The notes under the pieces: model-generated
The model's database searches: none
The model's input: only the letters and a program-made list of their open reading frames with translations
Told to the model about the DNA's origin: nothing
Shown: in pieces, positions 21,408-32,611 of the stretch
Position numbering within the stretch: the first letter of the stretch is position 1
Layout of the letters: every line of letters begins with the position of its first letter
Origin: an uncultured SAR86 cluster bacterium
GTDB lineage: Bacteria; Pseudomonadota; Gammaproteobacteria; Magnimaribacterales; D2472
Assembly: GCA_902617045.1 (NCBI GenBank)
Contig: CACMVA010000004.1
Span: 1,976-65,975, forward strand
Direction: 5' to 3'
DNA: 64,000 nucleotides
Program-made: the position numbers and the translations under genes

Positions 21408-23813
21408 TTAAATTACAAAATTTATAAGTTTATCTTTAACAAAGATAGCTTTTTTAATCTCACTATCTGCAATGATATTTTTAACGTTTTCGACTTCTAA
21501 TGATAGATTTTTAACAGTTTCTTCATCTAAATTTTTACTAATATTTAACTTTCCACGAACTTTACCATTAACTTGTATTATCAACTCGAATTCATCTGAT
21601 TCAATAATAGCTTCATCGTACTCTGGCCAAGATGACTCGATACATGATCCATCATTTACAAAACTGCTCCATAAATATTCACAAATATGAGGAGATATTG
21701 GAAATAACATTTTTAGAGAAAATAGAATCGCTTCATTAAGACAAAACTTTTGAGCATCAGTAGCATCATCTTTTTTGAATTCATTTGGAATATGATTTAG
21801 TAACTCCATTATTGCTGCAATTGCAGTATTAAAAGAAAATCTTGATTCATAATCATTCTCTACTTTTTTCAATGTAGAGTGACATTTTCTTCTTAACTCA
21901 ATTTCTTCTTTTGAGAATTCAAATTTCATGTCCAGTTTAATATATTTTTTTCCTTCAATAAGACTCCAAATTCTCTTTAAAAATCTTGAAGCTCCTTCAA
22001 CAGACGATTCGCTCCATTCCAAGCTTTGTTCAGGTGGTGATGTAAACATCATATAAAGCCTAACGGTATCTGCTCCATATTTCTCAATGTATGATTGCGG
22101 GTCAACAGTATTACCTTTAGATTTAGACATCTTTGCGCCATCTTTAAGCACCATTCCTTGAGTAAGTAATCTTTTAAAAGGTTCATTACCTTCAACCAGT
22201 CCAATATCGCGAAGAGCTTTATGAAAAAATCTTGAATATAGCAAATGCAATATAGCGTGCTCTATACCACCAATATATAAATCTACAGGTAGCCAATATT
22301 TAGTATTTTCATCAAAAATTTCATTATTATTGTTTGAAGATGTAAATCTAGCGTAATACCAAGATGAATCCATGAAGGTATCGAATGTATCACTTTCTCT
22401 AAAAATATTATTATTCAAATTTATAAAATCTTCATTTTGACTTAATGGAATAGGTGGCGAATTCTTTTTAAGTTTTGGTAGCTCAACAGGCATATCCTTT
22501 TCGTCAATAACTTTTGGATCGCCGTTTTCATAAATAACAGGTATTGGACAACCCCAATATCTTTGCCTACTTACTCCCCAATCTCGGAGCCTGAATTGAA
22601 TAAGCTGTTTACCAGATTTTAATTTAACTAACTCTTCGATGATTTTTTTTGATCCTTCTTCTGATGAAAGACCGTTAAATTTATCTGAATTTATTAAAAT
22701 TCCATTTTCAGTTCTTGGTAACTCCTCTTCATTATTTTGAATGACTTCTTTGATATTAAGATTATATTTTTTTGCAAATTCATAATCTCTTGAATCGTGA
22801 GCTGGAACTCCCATTACAACCCCTGTTCCATAGTCAAGCAATACAAAATTTCCAATCCATACTGGTAATTTTTCTCCAGTTAAAGGATGAATTACTCTTA
22901 GATTTGTATCAATACCAAGTTTTTCTGCCTTTGCCATATCAGCTTCTGCAGCCTTAGCTTCTTTGCATTTTTCAAGAAAGTTCGATATTTTCTCATTATC
23001 TTTAGCAATCTTTATTGCAAGGGGGTGATTGGGAGATATTGCAAGAAAAGATACTCCGAAGATAGTATCTGGTCTTGTCGAGAAGGTTATTAGTGAATCT
23101 TTACTAGCATCAATTTTATATTTAATCTCAGCACCAAATGATTTTCCAATCCAATTCTTTTGCATCAACTTAACATTTTCTGGCCAATCAAGCTCTTCAA
23201 GTGAAGATAGAAGCTCATCAGCATAGTCAGTGATTTTTATAAACCATTGATCTATTTCTTTTATTTCAATTTGAGCTCCGGAGCGCCAACCTTTTCCATC
23301 TATTACTTGCTCATTTGCTAAAACGGTTTTATCTTCAGGATCCCAATTAACCATAGATTTTTTTCTATAAACAAGACCAGCGTCGTAAAATTTTTTAAAA
23401 ATTAACTGTTCCCATTTATAGTAACTTGAGTCACATGTTCTTAGTTCTTTTGACCAATCATAACTAAAACCAAGAGATTGAAGTTGAGATTTCATGTTTT
23501 CAATATTTTGGTTTGTCCAATCGTTTGGACTTACTTTGTTTGCAATAGCAGCATTCTCTGCAGGCAGACCAAAAGCATCCCAACCCATTGGCTGAAATAC
23601 ATTAAAGTTTTTCATTCTTTTATATCTAGATATAACATCACCAATCGTATAATTTCTTACGTGACCCATATGCAATTTTCCAGAAGGATAAGGAAACATT
23701 GATAGACAGTAATATTTTTCTCTTTTATCTATTTTAGAAACATATCTTTTTTCTTCATTCCATTTGTTTTGAATGATTTCTTCGATTGTTTTGTGATTAT
23801 AGATTGAGCTCAT
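21408..23813 (-). CDS. leuS: Leucine--tRNA ligase
   Basis: [18 protein letters not shown] editing motif, [21 protein letters not shown]. Confidence 0.98.
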   Translation of the reverse strand: MSSIYNHKTIEEIIQNKWNEEKRYVSKIDKREKYYCLSMFPYPSGKLHMGHVRNYTIGDVISRYKRMKNFNVFQPMGWDAFGLPAENAAIANKVSPNDWTNQNIENMKSQLQSLGFSYDWSKELRTCDSSYYKWEQLIFKKFYDAGLVYRKKSMVNWDPEDKTVLANEQVIDGKGWRSGAQIEIKEIDQWFIKITDYADELLSSLEELDWPENVKLMQKNWIGKSFGAEIKYKIDASKDSLITFSTRPDTIFGVSFLAISPNHPLAIKIAKDNEKISNFLEKCKEAKAAEADMAKAEKLGIDTNLRVIHPLTGEKLPVWIGNFVLLDYGTGVVMGVPAHDSRDYEFAKKYNLNIKEVIQNNEEELPRTENGILINSDKFNGLSSEEGSKKIIEELVKLKSGKQLIQFRLRDWGVSRQRYWGCPIPVIYENGDPKVIDEKDMPVELPKLKKNSPPIPLSQNEDFINLNNNIFRESDTFDTFMDSSWYYARFTSSNNNNEIFDENTKYWLPVDLYIGGIEHAILHLLYSRFFHKALRDIGLVEGNEPFKRLLTQGMVLKDGAKMSKSKGNTVDPQSYIEKYGADTVRLYMMFTSPPEQSLEWSESSVEGASRFLKRIWSLIEGKKYIKLDMKFEFSKEEIELRRKCHSTLKKVENDYESRFSFNTAIAAIMELLNHIPNEFKKDDATDAQKFCLNEAILFSLKMLFPISPHICEYLWSSFVNDGSCIESSWPEYDEAIIESDEFELIIQVNGKVRGKLNISKNLDEETVKNLSLEVENVKNIIADSEIKKAIFVKDKLINFVI

Positions 23814-23860
23814 TATTAGAATTTTAAAAGTTATTTATTGAACTAATTATTAAAATTTAA

Positions 23861-24016
23861 TTAATTACCAGTATCGTTATCAGAAGATTCTTTAACATCT
23901 ATGTTATTTGATCCCTTAGTAATTCGAACTGACTCTTCTCCCTGACTTACTTCAATTTCTTTTAAATTTGATTCTTCTAGCATTTCAATCAAAGTTTTTA
24001 TTTTTCTTATATCCAT
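23861..24016 (-). CDS. 51-aa ORF consisting only of the AccB (BCCP) N-terminal domain, with no biotinyl domain; mini-protein or remnant
   Basis: Translated by hand: [51 protein letters not shown]. Compare E. coli AccB [34 protein letters not shown]. Lies 3 bp after the aroQ stop, with AAGAAGG upstream. Confidence 0.8.
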   Translation of the reverse strand: MDIRKIKTLIEMLEESNLKEIEVSQGEESVRITKGSNNIDVKESSDNDTGN

Positions 24017-24019
24017 AAT

Positions 24020-24457
24020 TTATACCTTCTTATTTTTTAAAGCCTCATCTAAAGCAAGAACATAGCCTTTCGTTCCATGCCCACTAAAAACTTTTTCTGC
24101 AATATCACTAAAGTAAGATTTTTTTCTAAATTCTTCTCTAGAATTAATATCTGATATATGAACTTCATAAAATGGTATTTTCACAGCTAAAATTGCATCT
24201 CTTAAGGCTATGCTTGTATGTGTGTAACCCGCAGGATTAAAAATTATTGAATCAGTCCCATTTTCAAAGGCTGTATGAATTGCATCTATTAGTTCATGTT
24301 CTGCATTGCTTTGATAAAAGTAAACTTCACATTCATTGCCATCAGCTTTATTTTTTAATTTTGCCTCAATATCATCTAATGTCTCAGATCCATAAATATC
24401 TTCCTCGCGCATACCAAGCATATTAAGATTTGGACCATTGAGTACTAATATCTTCAT
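24020..24457 (-). CDS. aroQ: Type II 3-dehydroquinate dehydratase
   Basis: LNGPNLNMLGMRE, QSNAE, NPAGYTHTSIALRDA, EVHIS, REEFR. Confidence 0.96.
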   Translation of the reverse strand: MKILVLNGPNLNMLGMREEDIYGSETLDDIEAKLKNKADGNECEVYFYQSNAEHELIDAIHTAFENGTDSIIFNPAGYTHTSIALRDAILAVKIPFYEVHISDINSREEFRKKSYFSDIAEKVFSGHGTKGYVLALDEALKNKKV

Positions 24458-24497
24458 TTAATAGATTTTAACAGAATTTAAATGCATTTTAAGGATT

Positions 24498-24917
24498 TTA
24501 TCTAATATTTTTATTTTGAACTGGATAGCAAAAGCCTCTATCAGAACAGCCCTGATATGTTATTTCAATTAAATTTGTTTCAATCTCTTCTATAGACGAA
24601 ATCTCTAGTATATTTCTTATGATTTTGGTTTCACCAAAAAATTCGTCTTCATGATCAATAATCATTCCATCAGTGACATCAAAATCAACAATTTCTTGAT
24701 TTTCTTTAATAAGAATCGAATCAAAATATAAATAGTAACCATCTTCAATCGACCAATTTACTTTTAAAACACCCCCGTCCTTAGAATAGCTCATTATAAA
24801 TACCTCGTCGGCAGGCTTTATTTCGTTATCCTGTAAATACATGAAAGATATATCTTGGTCAGCCTTAGTATAGCCACCACATAACAAATAGAATATTAAA
24901 AATAATGTCTTTTTCAT
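24498..24917 (-). CDS. Stand-alone DsbD N-terminal (alpha) domain protein
   Basis: Signal peptide, PADEVF, WSIEDGYYLY, HEDEFFGE, YQGCSDRGFCYP; ends right after the redox Cys pair. Confidence 0.82.
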   Translation of the reverse strand: MKKTLFLIFYLLCGGYTKADQDISFMYLQDNEIKPADEVFIMSYSKDGGVLKVNWSIEDGYYLYFDSILIKENQEIVDFDVTDGMIIDHEDEFFGETKIIRNILEISSIEEIETNLIEITYQGCSDRGFCYPVQNKNIR

Positions 24918-24982
24918 TAATAACTAGGATAAACTTGCCAAATTATAAAGCGAAAACGAACTTTATTTATAATTAAAATTAA

Positions 24983-25993
24983 ATGATAAGAAATTTTTTA
25001 ATAAATATTTTATTTTCAATACCTGTTTGGTTAATTGAACTCGTGTACAAATTTAATAAAGATGTTAAGAGAGGATTTATTTTTGATTCTCAATCAAGGA
25101 TGTTATTTGCTTTAATGCCAAAATTTGATTTGCATAAGATAGAGGATGACGAAATTCCAAAAATTAGAAATCTTATTAATGAAAAAAGAAAGAATCTTAG
25201 ACTTTCTAATAAAACAAAAAAAAACGTAACTACTAAGGATCATTTTATCGACCAAGAAAATAACTTAAAGTTGAGAGAGTACATCCCATATAAAACAGAT
25301 AATAATAATGTCATTCTCTATTTTCACGGTGGCGGCTATGTATTAAATTCAATTGATACGCATAACCTTACAGTTTCTTATTTTTCTGAAAAGTTAAGAA
25401 CAAGAATATTTTCTTTAGCTTATGGTTTATCTCCTGAAAATAAATATCCTCATGCAATGAATCAGGCATTATCAGCAATAGATTGGTTAGTCAAAAATGG
25501 TAATCACATCAAAAATATTAGCCTTTGTGGTGACAGTGCTGGCGCTCATCTTGCTGCCTCAGTATCTCATTCATTAGCAAATAACCAAAATGAAAATGTT
25601 CATAGTCAATTTCTTATTTATCCAATGTGTGATCCAAGTTGCGCAAGCGAATCAATCGAGCTTTTTAAAGATAATTATTTATTAACGAAAGAGTCCATGG
25701 AATGGTTCTGGGAAAAATTCAAAAATAATGATGAAGATAACTTAAAAGATACATTTAATTTACTGCTATTCAACCCAAATAGAGATTTTCCAAAGACAAT
25801 CATTGTTACTGCTGGGTTTGATCCGCTTTCAGATGAAGCAGAAAAATATGCTTTTTTACTTCATGAAAATGGTAGTTATGTGAAACAATTACATTATCCA
25901 TCTTTATTTCATGGGTTTGCTGCCATGACTAGATTGAAATCCGCTAATAAAGCGGTAAATGATTTTTTATTAGAGTATAAAAAAATTTTATGA
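24983..25993 (+). CDS. Alpha/beta hydrolase, HSL-family esterase/lipase
   Basis: HGGG oxyanion motif, GDSAG nucleophile, DPL, HGF. Confidence 0.9.
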   Translation: MIRNFLINILFSIPVWLIELVYKFNKDVKRGFIFDSQSRMLFALMPKFDLHKIEDDEIPKIRNLINEKRKNLRLSNKTKKNVTTKDHFIDQENNLKLREYIPYKTDNNNVILYFHGGGYVLNSIDTHNLTVSYFSEKLRTRIFSLAYGLSPENKYPHAMNQALSAIDWLVKNGNHIKNISLCGDSAGAHLAASVSHSLANNQNENVHSQFLIYPMCDPSCASESIELFKDNYLLTKESMEWFWEKFKNNDEDNLKDTFNLLLFNPNRDFPKTIIVTAGFDPLSDEAEKYAFLLHENGSYVKQLHYPSLFHGFAAMTRLKSANKAVNDFLLEYKKIL

Positions 25994-27576
25994 GTAATAT
26001 TGTAGAAATCAGAAATTTAAGCATCGACTTTAATGTAAGAGATGGAAAATTTCGAGCAGTTGATAGTATTAGTTTTGATATTCAGCAGAATAAAACTTTG
26101 GCTTTAGTTGGTGAATCTGGATCAGGTAAATCAGTTACAGCGATGTCAATAATGCAGCTCTTACCATTTCCTCAATCATCTTACACTAGCGAATCCTCAA
26201 TTAAATTTAATAATAAAGAAATTATAAATGCCTCAAAAAAAGATCTTTTATCTTTAAGAGGAAATATAATTTCTATGGTTTTTCAAGAACCAATGACATC
26301 CTTAAATCCTTATCATAGAGTGGGAGATCAAATTACAGAATCAGTATTGCTGCACTCTAAAGTTTCAAAGAAAGAAGCAAAAGATGAGGCAATTAATTTA
26401 ATGAATTTAGTTGAGATTGATGATGTTGAAAGAAGATTTAATTCATATCCTCATGAATTATCAGGTGGTCAACGCCAAAGAATAATGATTGCTATGGCTC
26501 TTGTTAATAAACCTCAATTGTTAATTGCCGATGAGCCTACAACTGCACTTGATGTAACTATACAAGCACAAATTTTGGATCTTATGTCTAAACTTAAGAG
26601 AGAGCTCGGTATGTCAATTCTATTTATTACTCATGATTTGGGTCTTGTTAGAGAGTTCTCTGATCAGGTTTGTGTAATGCAGAATGGAAATATCGTTGAG
26701 AATGGGAATACAGCCGATGTCTTTGATAATCCTAAACATGCCTATACGCAAAAATTATTAAACGCCGAACCTAAACCAAAAACAATAATAAATCATAAAG
26801 AGGACCCACTGATTAAAATTGAAAATTTAGATGTTTTTTATAATATGCCTAGAACCAGTTTTTTTAAGAGCAATAGATTCCATGCTGTAAAAGATACGTC
26901 AATTAATATATATAAAAATACGACAATTGGCTTAGTGGGCGAATCAGGGTCAGGTAAATCTACTCTAGGAAAGGCCATAGCAAATCTTACTCCTTATGAA
27001 GGAAAAATATATTATGACGGGCAGGACATTGCATCATCCTCAAAGGAAATTAAGAAACACATCCAAATAGTGTTTCAGGATCCATATGGATCTTTATCAC
27101 CAAGAATGACTATAGGAGAAATAGTTGGAGAGGGACTGGGAGTGCATTTTAATCTTTCAAAAAAGGAATCAGATATAAAAATTGATAAAGTTTTAACAGA
27201 TGTAGGAATTGAGCTTAATGCAAAAAATAAATATCCGCATGAATTTTCTGGTGGTCAACGTCAAAGGATAGCAATTGCTAGATCATTAATAATGAATCCT
27301 AATTTTATGATTCTGGATGAACCAACATCTGCTCTCGATAGATCAATACAAATTCAAGTGATAAATCTTTTAAAAGATATACAAAATGAATATGAATTGA
27401 CATATTTGTTTATTAGTCATGATTTAAAGGTAATACGCTCAATGTCTGATTATATTTTTGTAATGAAAGACGGAATAATAGTAGAATCTGGACTGTCAAA
27501 TGATGTTTTTGACTATCCAAAAGAAAAATATACTAAAAAATTGCTCTCAGCTGCGTTAAGATACGCAACCGATTGA
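25990..27576 (+). CDS. Peptide ABC transporter ATPase with two fused domains (YejF-like)
   Basis: Two GESGSGKS Walker A motifs, SGGQRQR signatures, DEPT Walker B. Confidence 0.9.
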   Translation: MSNIVEIRNLSIDFNVRDGKFRAVDSISFDIQQNKTLALVGESGSGKSVTAMSIMQLLPFPQSSYTSESSIKFNNKEIINASKKDLLSLRGNIISMVFQEPMTSLNPYHRVGDQITESVLLHSKVSKKEAKDEAINLMNLVEIDDVERRFNSYPHELSGGQRQRIMIAMALVNKPQLLIADEPTTALDVTIQAQILDLMSKLKRELGMSILFITHDLGLVREFSDQVCVMQNGNIVENGNTADVFDNPKHAYTQKLLNAEPKPKTIINHKEDPLIKIENLDVFYNMPRTSFFKSNRFHAVKDTSINIYKNTTIGLVGESGSGKSTLGKAIANLTPYEGKIYYDGQDIASSSKEIKKHIQIVFQDPYGSLSPRMTIGEIVGEGLGVHFNLSKKESDIKIDKVLTDVGIELNAKNKYPHEFSGGQRQRIAIARSLIMNPNFMILDEPTSALDRSIQIQVINLLKDIQNEYELTYLFISHDLKVIRSMSDYIFVMKDGIIVESGLSNDVFDYPKEKYTKKLLSAALRYATD

Positions 27577-27591
27577 GAAAATGTACACAAA

Positions 27592-29250
27592 ATGAGCTCT
27601 AGAAAATATTCAAAGGAATTAGTTGATGGTCCAAATCAGGCCGCATCTCGTTCTATGCTTCGAGGTGTAGGATTTACATCTGAGGACTTTACAAAGCCAT
27701 TTGTTGGAATTGCATCAACTGGAGCCAAAGTTACACCATGTAATATGCATATCAATCAATTATCAGAATTGGTAGAAGGTTCAATAAATGCATCTGGTGG
27801 CAAAGGTGTTTTATTTAATACAATTACTGTTTCTGATGGCATTTCAATGGGAACGCAAGGAATGAAATATTCTCTTGTTTCTAGAGAAGTTATTGCTGAC
27901 TCAATTGAAACTGTTGTAGGTTGCCTAGGATATGATGGATTAATTGCAATTGGTGGATGTGATAAGAACATGCCTGGATGTCTTATTGGTATGGCAAGAT
28001 TAAATAGACCGTCAATATTTATTTATGGTGGATCTATAAAACCAAGCAATGAGAATACGGACTATGTAACCGTCTCAGAAAAAGTTGGAGAATTCTCAAA
28101 GGGCTCTATAAATGAAGATGAGCTAATTCATTATGAAAAGATATCAGTTGACGGACCAGGCTCATGTGGCGGAATGTATACAGCAAATACAATGGCATCT
28201 GCTATAGAAGCATTAGGAATGAGTTTGCCAGGTAGCAGTAGCCAAGATGCAACATCTAAATCAAAGAATGCTGACTGTGTGAATACTGGATCGGCAATCA
28301 TGAATTTACTAGATAAAGATATTAAACCTTCTGACATTATGACAAGAGAAGCATTTGAAAATGCTATAACTGTTGTAATAGCTCTAGGAGGATCAACAAA
28401 TGCCGTTCTTCATTTATTGGCCATGGCTCATTCAATTGGAGTTGAACTTTGCTTAGATGACTTTACTTTAATCGGAAAGAAAACACCTGTATTAGCGGAC
28501 CTAAAGCCCTTTGGAAAACACTATATGTCTGAGCTTAATGCAAATGGAGGAATTCAGCCCTTAATGAAAACTCTTTTAGACAAAGGACTTCTTCATGGTC
28601 AATGTATGACAGTTACAGGCAATACCTTAGAAGAAAATTTAAAAGACATAAAAGCATATGAGACGAGTGAAATAATTAAAGATTTTAATAATCCAATCAA
28701 AAAAGATAGTCATCTTAGAATTTTATACGGTAACCTTGCTAAAGATGGCGCGGTTGCAAAAATTACAGGTAAAGAAGGAACATCATTTGAAGGAAAAGCA
28801 AAAGTATTTAATTCAGAAGAAGAGGGCGTAAGTGCGATTCTATCAAATAAGATTAATGATGGTGATGTAATCGTAATAAGGTATGAGGGTCCTAAGGGTG
28901 GGCCTGGCATGAGAGAAATGCTAAAACCTACTTCTGCAATTATGGGATTAGGACTAGGAGATAAAATAGGATTTATTACAGACGGAAGATTTTCAGGTGG
29001 CACCCATGGTTTTGTAGTTGGACATGTTTCTCCAGAAGCAGCTGAGGGTGGTTTAATAGCATTAGTTGAAGACGGAGATACTATACTTATTGATGCAGAA
29101 AGTGATCAGCTTGTTCTAAAAGTTGATGACGATGAAATTAAAAGAAGACAATCAATTTGGAAAAATCCAAACAGCAAACCAAAAAAAGGAGTACTTGCTA
29201 AGTATGCTGAGAGTGTAAAATCTGCAAGCCTGGGAGCTATAACTGATTAA
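27592..29250 (+). CDS. ilvD: Dihydroxy-acid dehydratase
   Basis: PCN, VSDGISMG, GGCDKNMPG, CGGMYTANTM, TDGRFSGGT. Confidence 0.97.
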   Translation: MSSRKYSKELVDGPNQAASRSMLRGVGFTSEDFTKPFVGIASTGAKVTPCNMHINQLSELVEGSINASGGKGVLFNTITVSDGISMGTQGMKYSLVSREVIADSIETVVGCLGYDGLIAIGGCDKNMPGCLIGMARLNRPSIFIYGGSIKPSNENTDYVTVSEKVGEFSKGSINEDELIHYEKISVDGPGSCGGMYTANTMASAIEALGMSLPGSSSQDATSKSKNADCVNTGSAIMNLLDKDIKPSDIMTREAFENAITVVIALGGSTNAVLHLLAMAHSIGVELCLDDFTLIGKKTPVLADLKPFGKHYMSELNANGGIQPLMKTLLDKGLLHGQCMTVTGNTLEENLKDIKAYETSEIIKDFNNPIKKDSHLRILYGNLAKDGAVAKITGKEGTSFEGKAKVFNSEEEGVSAILSNKINDGDVIVIRYEGPKGGPGMREMLKPTSAIMGLGLGDKIGFITDGRFSGGTHGFVVGHVSPEAAEGGLIALVEDGDTILIDAESDQLVLKVDDDEIKRRQSIWKNPNSKPKKGVLAKYAESVKSASLGAITD

Positions 29251-29251
29251 A

Positions 29252-30244
29252 ATGTCTATTTTTAGAAAATATCCAAGTACCCGCTTAAGAAGGTTAAGAA
29301 AGAACCTAAATCTAATTGAACTTGTATCTGAAACTAACTTAACTTCAAAAGATCTTATACAACCAATCTTCATTAAAGAAAATTTTGAAGGCAAAGAAGA
29401 AATCGAATCAATGCCAGGTATCTTCAGATTTGGCTTAAATCATGTGCTGAGTGAAATAGAAGAAGTTATAAATGCAGGCATAAATGCTATAGCTGTTTTC
29501 CCAGTCATAGAATCTTCAAAAAAAGATGAAAAAGGGTCAGAGGCATTAAACAAAAGCAATTTTATCGCTCATTCAATCAATAAAATTAAACAAGAATTTC
29601 CTGAATTAATATTAATCGCAGATGTTGCATTAGATCCTTATACAGATCATGGTCATGACGGTATTTTAATAAATAACGATGTTGCAAATGATGAAACTTT
29701 AGAAGTTCTAATTGAGCAATCTATATTACTCGCTGAGGCTGGGGCGGATATTATTGCTCCTTCTGATATGATGGATGGAAGAATTGGATTAATTAGAGAT
29801 TCTCTTGAAAAACAAAATTTAAAAGACACTATCTTGTTATCTTATGCTGCTAAATATAATTCAAAATTCTATGGACCATTTAGAGATGCAGTAAATTCTG
29901 CATCAAATCTTGGTAATTCCTCAAAATCATCATACCAAATGAATATATCAAACAAGAACGAAGCTTTGCATGAAGTCGCCTTAGATGTAAATGAAGGCGC
30001 AGACATAGTAATGGTAAAACCTGCAATGCCTTATTTAGATGTTATTCAATCGATCAAAAAAGAATTCAAAGTACCAACCTTTGCTTATCAGGTTAGTGGT
30101 GAATTTAGTATGCTTAAAAATGCTATTAATCATGGATGGCTTGATAAAGAGGTTATGCTAGAATCATTGGTAAGCATAAAAAGAGCGGGTGCTGATGCAA
30201 TTCTTTCATACGCAGCTAAAGAAATTTCAAAGGAGATAAAATAA
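29252..30244 (+). CDS. hemB: Porphobilinogen synthase, Zn-independent (Asp-rich) type
   Basis: RLRRLR, DVALDPYTDHGHDG, APSDMMDGR, MVKPA, AYQVSGE. Confidence 0.97.
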   Translation: MSIFRKYPSTRLRRLRKNLNLIELVSETNLTSKDLIQPIFIKENFEGKEEIESMPGIFRFGLNHVLSEIEEVINAGINAIAVFPVIESSKKDEKGSEALNKSNFIAHSINKIKQEFPELILIADVALDPYTDHGHDGILINNDVANDETLEVLIEQSILLAEAGADIIAPSDMMDGRIGLIRDSLEKQNLKDTILLSYAAKYNSKFYGPFRDAVNSASNLGNSSKSSYQMNISNKNEALHEVALDVNEGADIVMVKPAMPYLDVIQSIKKEFKVPTFAYQVSGEFSMLKNAINHGWLDKEVMLESLVSIKRAGADAILSYAAKEISKEIK

Positions 30245-30246
30245 AT

Positions 30247-30573
30247 ATGAGTAACGTAGTAGTAGTTGAAAATAAAGATGATTTTCAAAATGAAGTTATT
30301 AACGCAGAAGGTCCTGTATTGGTTGATTTTTGGGCGGAATGGTGTGGTCCATGTAAACAGCTTGCTCCTCTAGTCGAAGATGCATCGGAAGAATTCAAAG
30401 ATAAAATTAAAGTATGTAAGATGGACGTAGATGCAAATAGAGAGACTGCTGCAGAATATGGCATCAGATCAATACCTACTCTCATGATATTTGAAAATGG
30501 AGAACTGGTTGGAACTGAGATTGGTGCTCTATCAAAACTTCAACTTGAAGAGTTTATTAGATCTAAGATCTAA
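30247..30573 (+). CDS. trxA: Thioredoxin
   Basis: DFWAEWCGPCK, IRSIPTL; trxA-rho synteny. Confidence 0.97.
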   Translation: MSNVVVVENKDDFQNEVINAEGPVLVDFWAEWCGPCKQLAPLVEDASEEFKDKIKVCKMDVDANRETAAEYGIRSIPTLMIFENGELVGTEIGALSKLQLEEFIRSKI

Positions 30574-30687
30574 TTTTTATACTTATATCTTTGCTTATTT
30601 TAAAAAAAGAGTTATTATTTCCTATCCAGAGTTAATAAAACCTTCCATTTATACCATTTCGAATTAAAAAAATAGTGGAATAATTAT

Positions 30688-31965
30688 ATGAATCTTAGTG
30701 AAATAAAAGATAAACCTATAAGTGAGTTAGTCGATATTGCTTCTGAATTAGGTTTAGAAGATTTAGGTCGCCTAAAAAAACAAGAAATAATTTTTAGAAT
30801 CTTTAAACATAAAGCTTCTGAAGGAACTGATATTTATGGCGGCGGTGTTTTAGAGATTCTAAATGATGGTTTTGGGTTTCTGAGATCACCACAGGGATCA
30901 TACTGCGCAGGTGAAGATGACATATATGTTTCACCTAGCCAAATCAGAAAATTTGGTTTAAGAAAAGGTGATTCCGTTGAAGGCAAAATTAGAACACCTA
31001 AAGATAAAGAAAGATATTTTGCTTTAATTCAAGTCGATACCATAAATGGTGAGGAGCCTGCAAAAACAAAAAATAAAATACTTTTCGAAAATTTAACTCC
31101 ACTTTTTCCAACAGAAAGATTAATGCTTGAGCAAGGAAGTGGTTCAAATGAAGACTTATCATCAAGAATTATTGATCTAATTGCACCAGTAGGAAAAGGT
31201 CAAAGAGGTTTAATTGTTTCACCTCCAAAAGCTGGTAAAACTTTAATGCTTCAAAGTATTGCTCATTCTATTAAAAGTAATAATCCAGAAGTTGAGCTAA
31301 TAGTTTTATTGATTGACGAGAGACCAGAAGAAGTTACAGACATGTCTAGAACTGTAAAAGGAGAGGTGGTAGCAAGCACTTTTGATGAGCCACCTACAAG
31401 ACATGTTCAAGTTGCTAACATGGTTATTGAAAAGGCAAAAAGATTGGTCGAGCATAAAAAAGATGTTGTGATTTTGCTTGATTCAATTACAAGACTAGGT
31501 AGAGCTTATAATGCTGTTCAGCCAGCATCAGGTAAAATTTTGAGTGGTGGTGTGGACTCAAATGCTCTAGAAAGACCTAAAAGATTTTTTGGTGCAGCTA
31601 GAAACTTAGAGGAGGGCGGAAGTTTAACAATTATAGCCACTGCTCTAGTAGAAACTGGTTCAAAAATGGATGAAGTGATTTTCGAAGAGTTTAAAGGGAC
31701 TGGAAACATGGAAATCCATTTAGAGAGAAAGATTGCTGAAAAAAGAATATATCCCGCAATTAATGTCAGAAGGTCTGGAACTAGAAGGGAAGACCTTTTA
31801 ACGTCAGATGATGAATTACAAAGAATGTGGATACTTAGAAAAATTCTTGACGAAATGGAAGATGCTCAAGCAATACAATTTTTAATTGATAGAATTAAAT
31901 CTCATAAAACAAATGATGAATTCTTTAGTTCTATGAAAAATGGAAATGGTAAGAAGTCTAAATAG
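30688..31965 (+). CDS. rho: Transcription termination factor Rho
   Basis: [40 protein letters not shown]. Confidence 0.98.
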   Translation: MNLSEIKDKPISELVDIASELGLEDLGRLKKQEIIFRIFKHKASEGTDIYGGGVLEILNDGFGFLRSPQGSYCAGEDDIYVSPSQIRKFGLRKGDSVEGKIRTPKDKERYFALIQVDTINGEEPAKTKNKILFENLTPLFPTERLMLEQGSGSNEDLSSRIIDLIAPVGKGQRGLIVSPPKAGKTLMLQSIAHSIKSNNPEVELIVLLIDERPEEVTDMSRTVKGEVVASTFDEPPTRHVQVANMVIEKAKRLVEHKKDVVILLDSITRLGRAYNAVQPASGKILSGGVDSNALERPKRFFGAARNLEEGGSLTIIATALVETGSKMDEVIFEEFKGTGNMEIHLERKIAEKRIYPAINVRRSGTRREDLLTSDDELQRMWILRKILDEMEDAQAIQFLIDRIKSHKTNDEFFSSMKNGNGKKSK

Positions 31966-32611
31966 AGTCTTTAATTGATTTTGTAATGTCTTTAGAAAAA
32001 TAGTCTATTAAATCTGAATCCAAATCATAGCTCGAAATATAATCTATTATTCTTTTTGATATACCAAACAATTTAGCTTTAACTTTAGTTGAATATATTT
32101 CTTCAAAAAATATTTTAAAAGCATAAGTACTAGGGAAAATAATTGCATCGGCATCATAAAATTCATTCCTAACATTTTCATAGCTTTCTAATTTAAATCT
32201 TTTATAACAATTTATTTCTTCAACATACTCATTAGATGAATTTAGATAATTCGAAATTTCATTAAGGCCATTTTCACCCTTTACAATTAAATAATTACCA
32301 CTCTTTTTGTTTTTAGATAAAAGTTTTTTTAATTCCTCAGATCCAGGAATACTTGGACACACAGATTTTATGCCTTGTTTTGAAAGATAATCTTGAGTCG
32401 ATTTCCCCATTGAGAATACATTTTTATTTTTTAAAGACTTGAATTCATTAAAGAAAGCTACAGATGAAATGCTCTGGAAAATTATATTTTCAAATTTATG
32501 GATATCTATTTGGTATTGAATTCCTTTTGTTCTAAATAGAGGAATATTTTTTATAGACCCACAAGATTTATTTATAGAAGTAGTGCCTGAGCTTGTATCA
32601 ATTATGTTCAT
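31958..32611 (-). CDS. hemD: Uroporphyrinogen-III synthase (divergent)
   Basis: [29 protein letters not shown]; directly after hemC. Confidence 0.72.
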   Translation of the reverse strand: MNIIDTSSGTTSINKSCGSIKNIPLFRTKGIQYQIDIHKFENIIFQSISSVAFFNEFKSLKNKNVFSMGKSTQDYLSKQGIKSVCPSIPGSEELKKLLSKNKKSGNYLIVKGENGLNEISNYLNSSNEYVEEINCYKRFKLESYENVRNEFYDADAIIFPSTYAFKIFFEEIYSTKVKAKLFGISKRIIDYISSYDLDSDLIDYFSKDITKSIKDSI

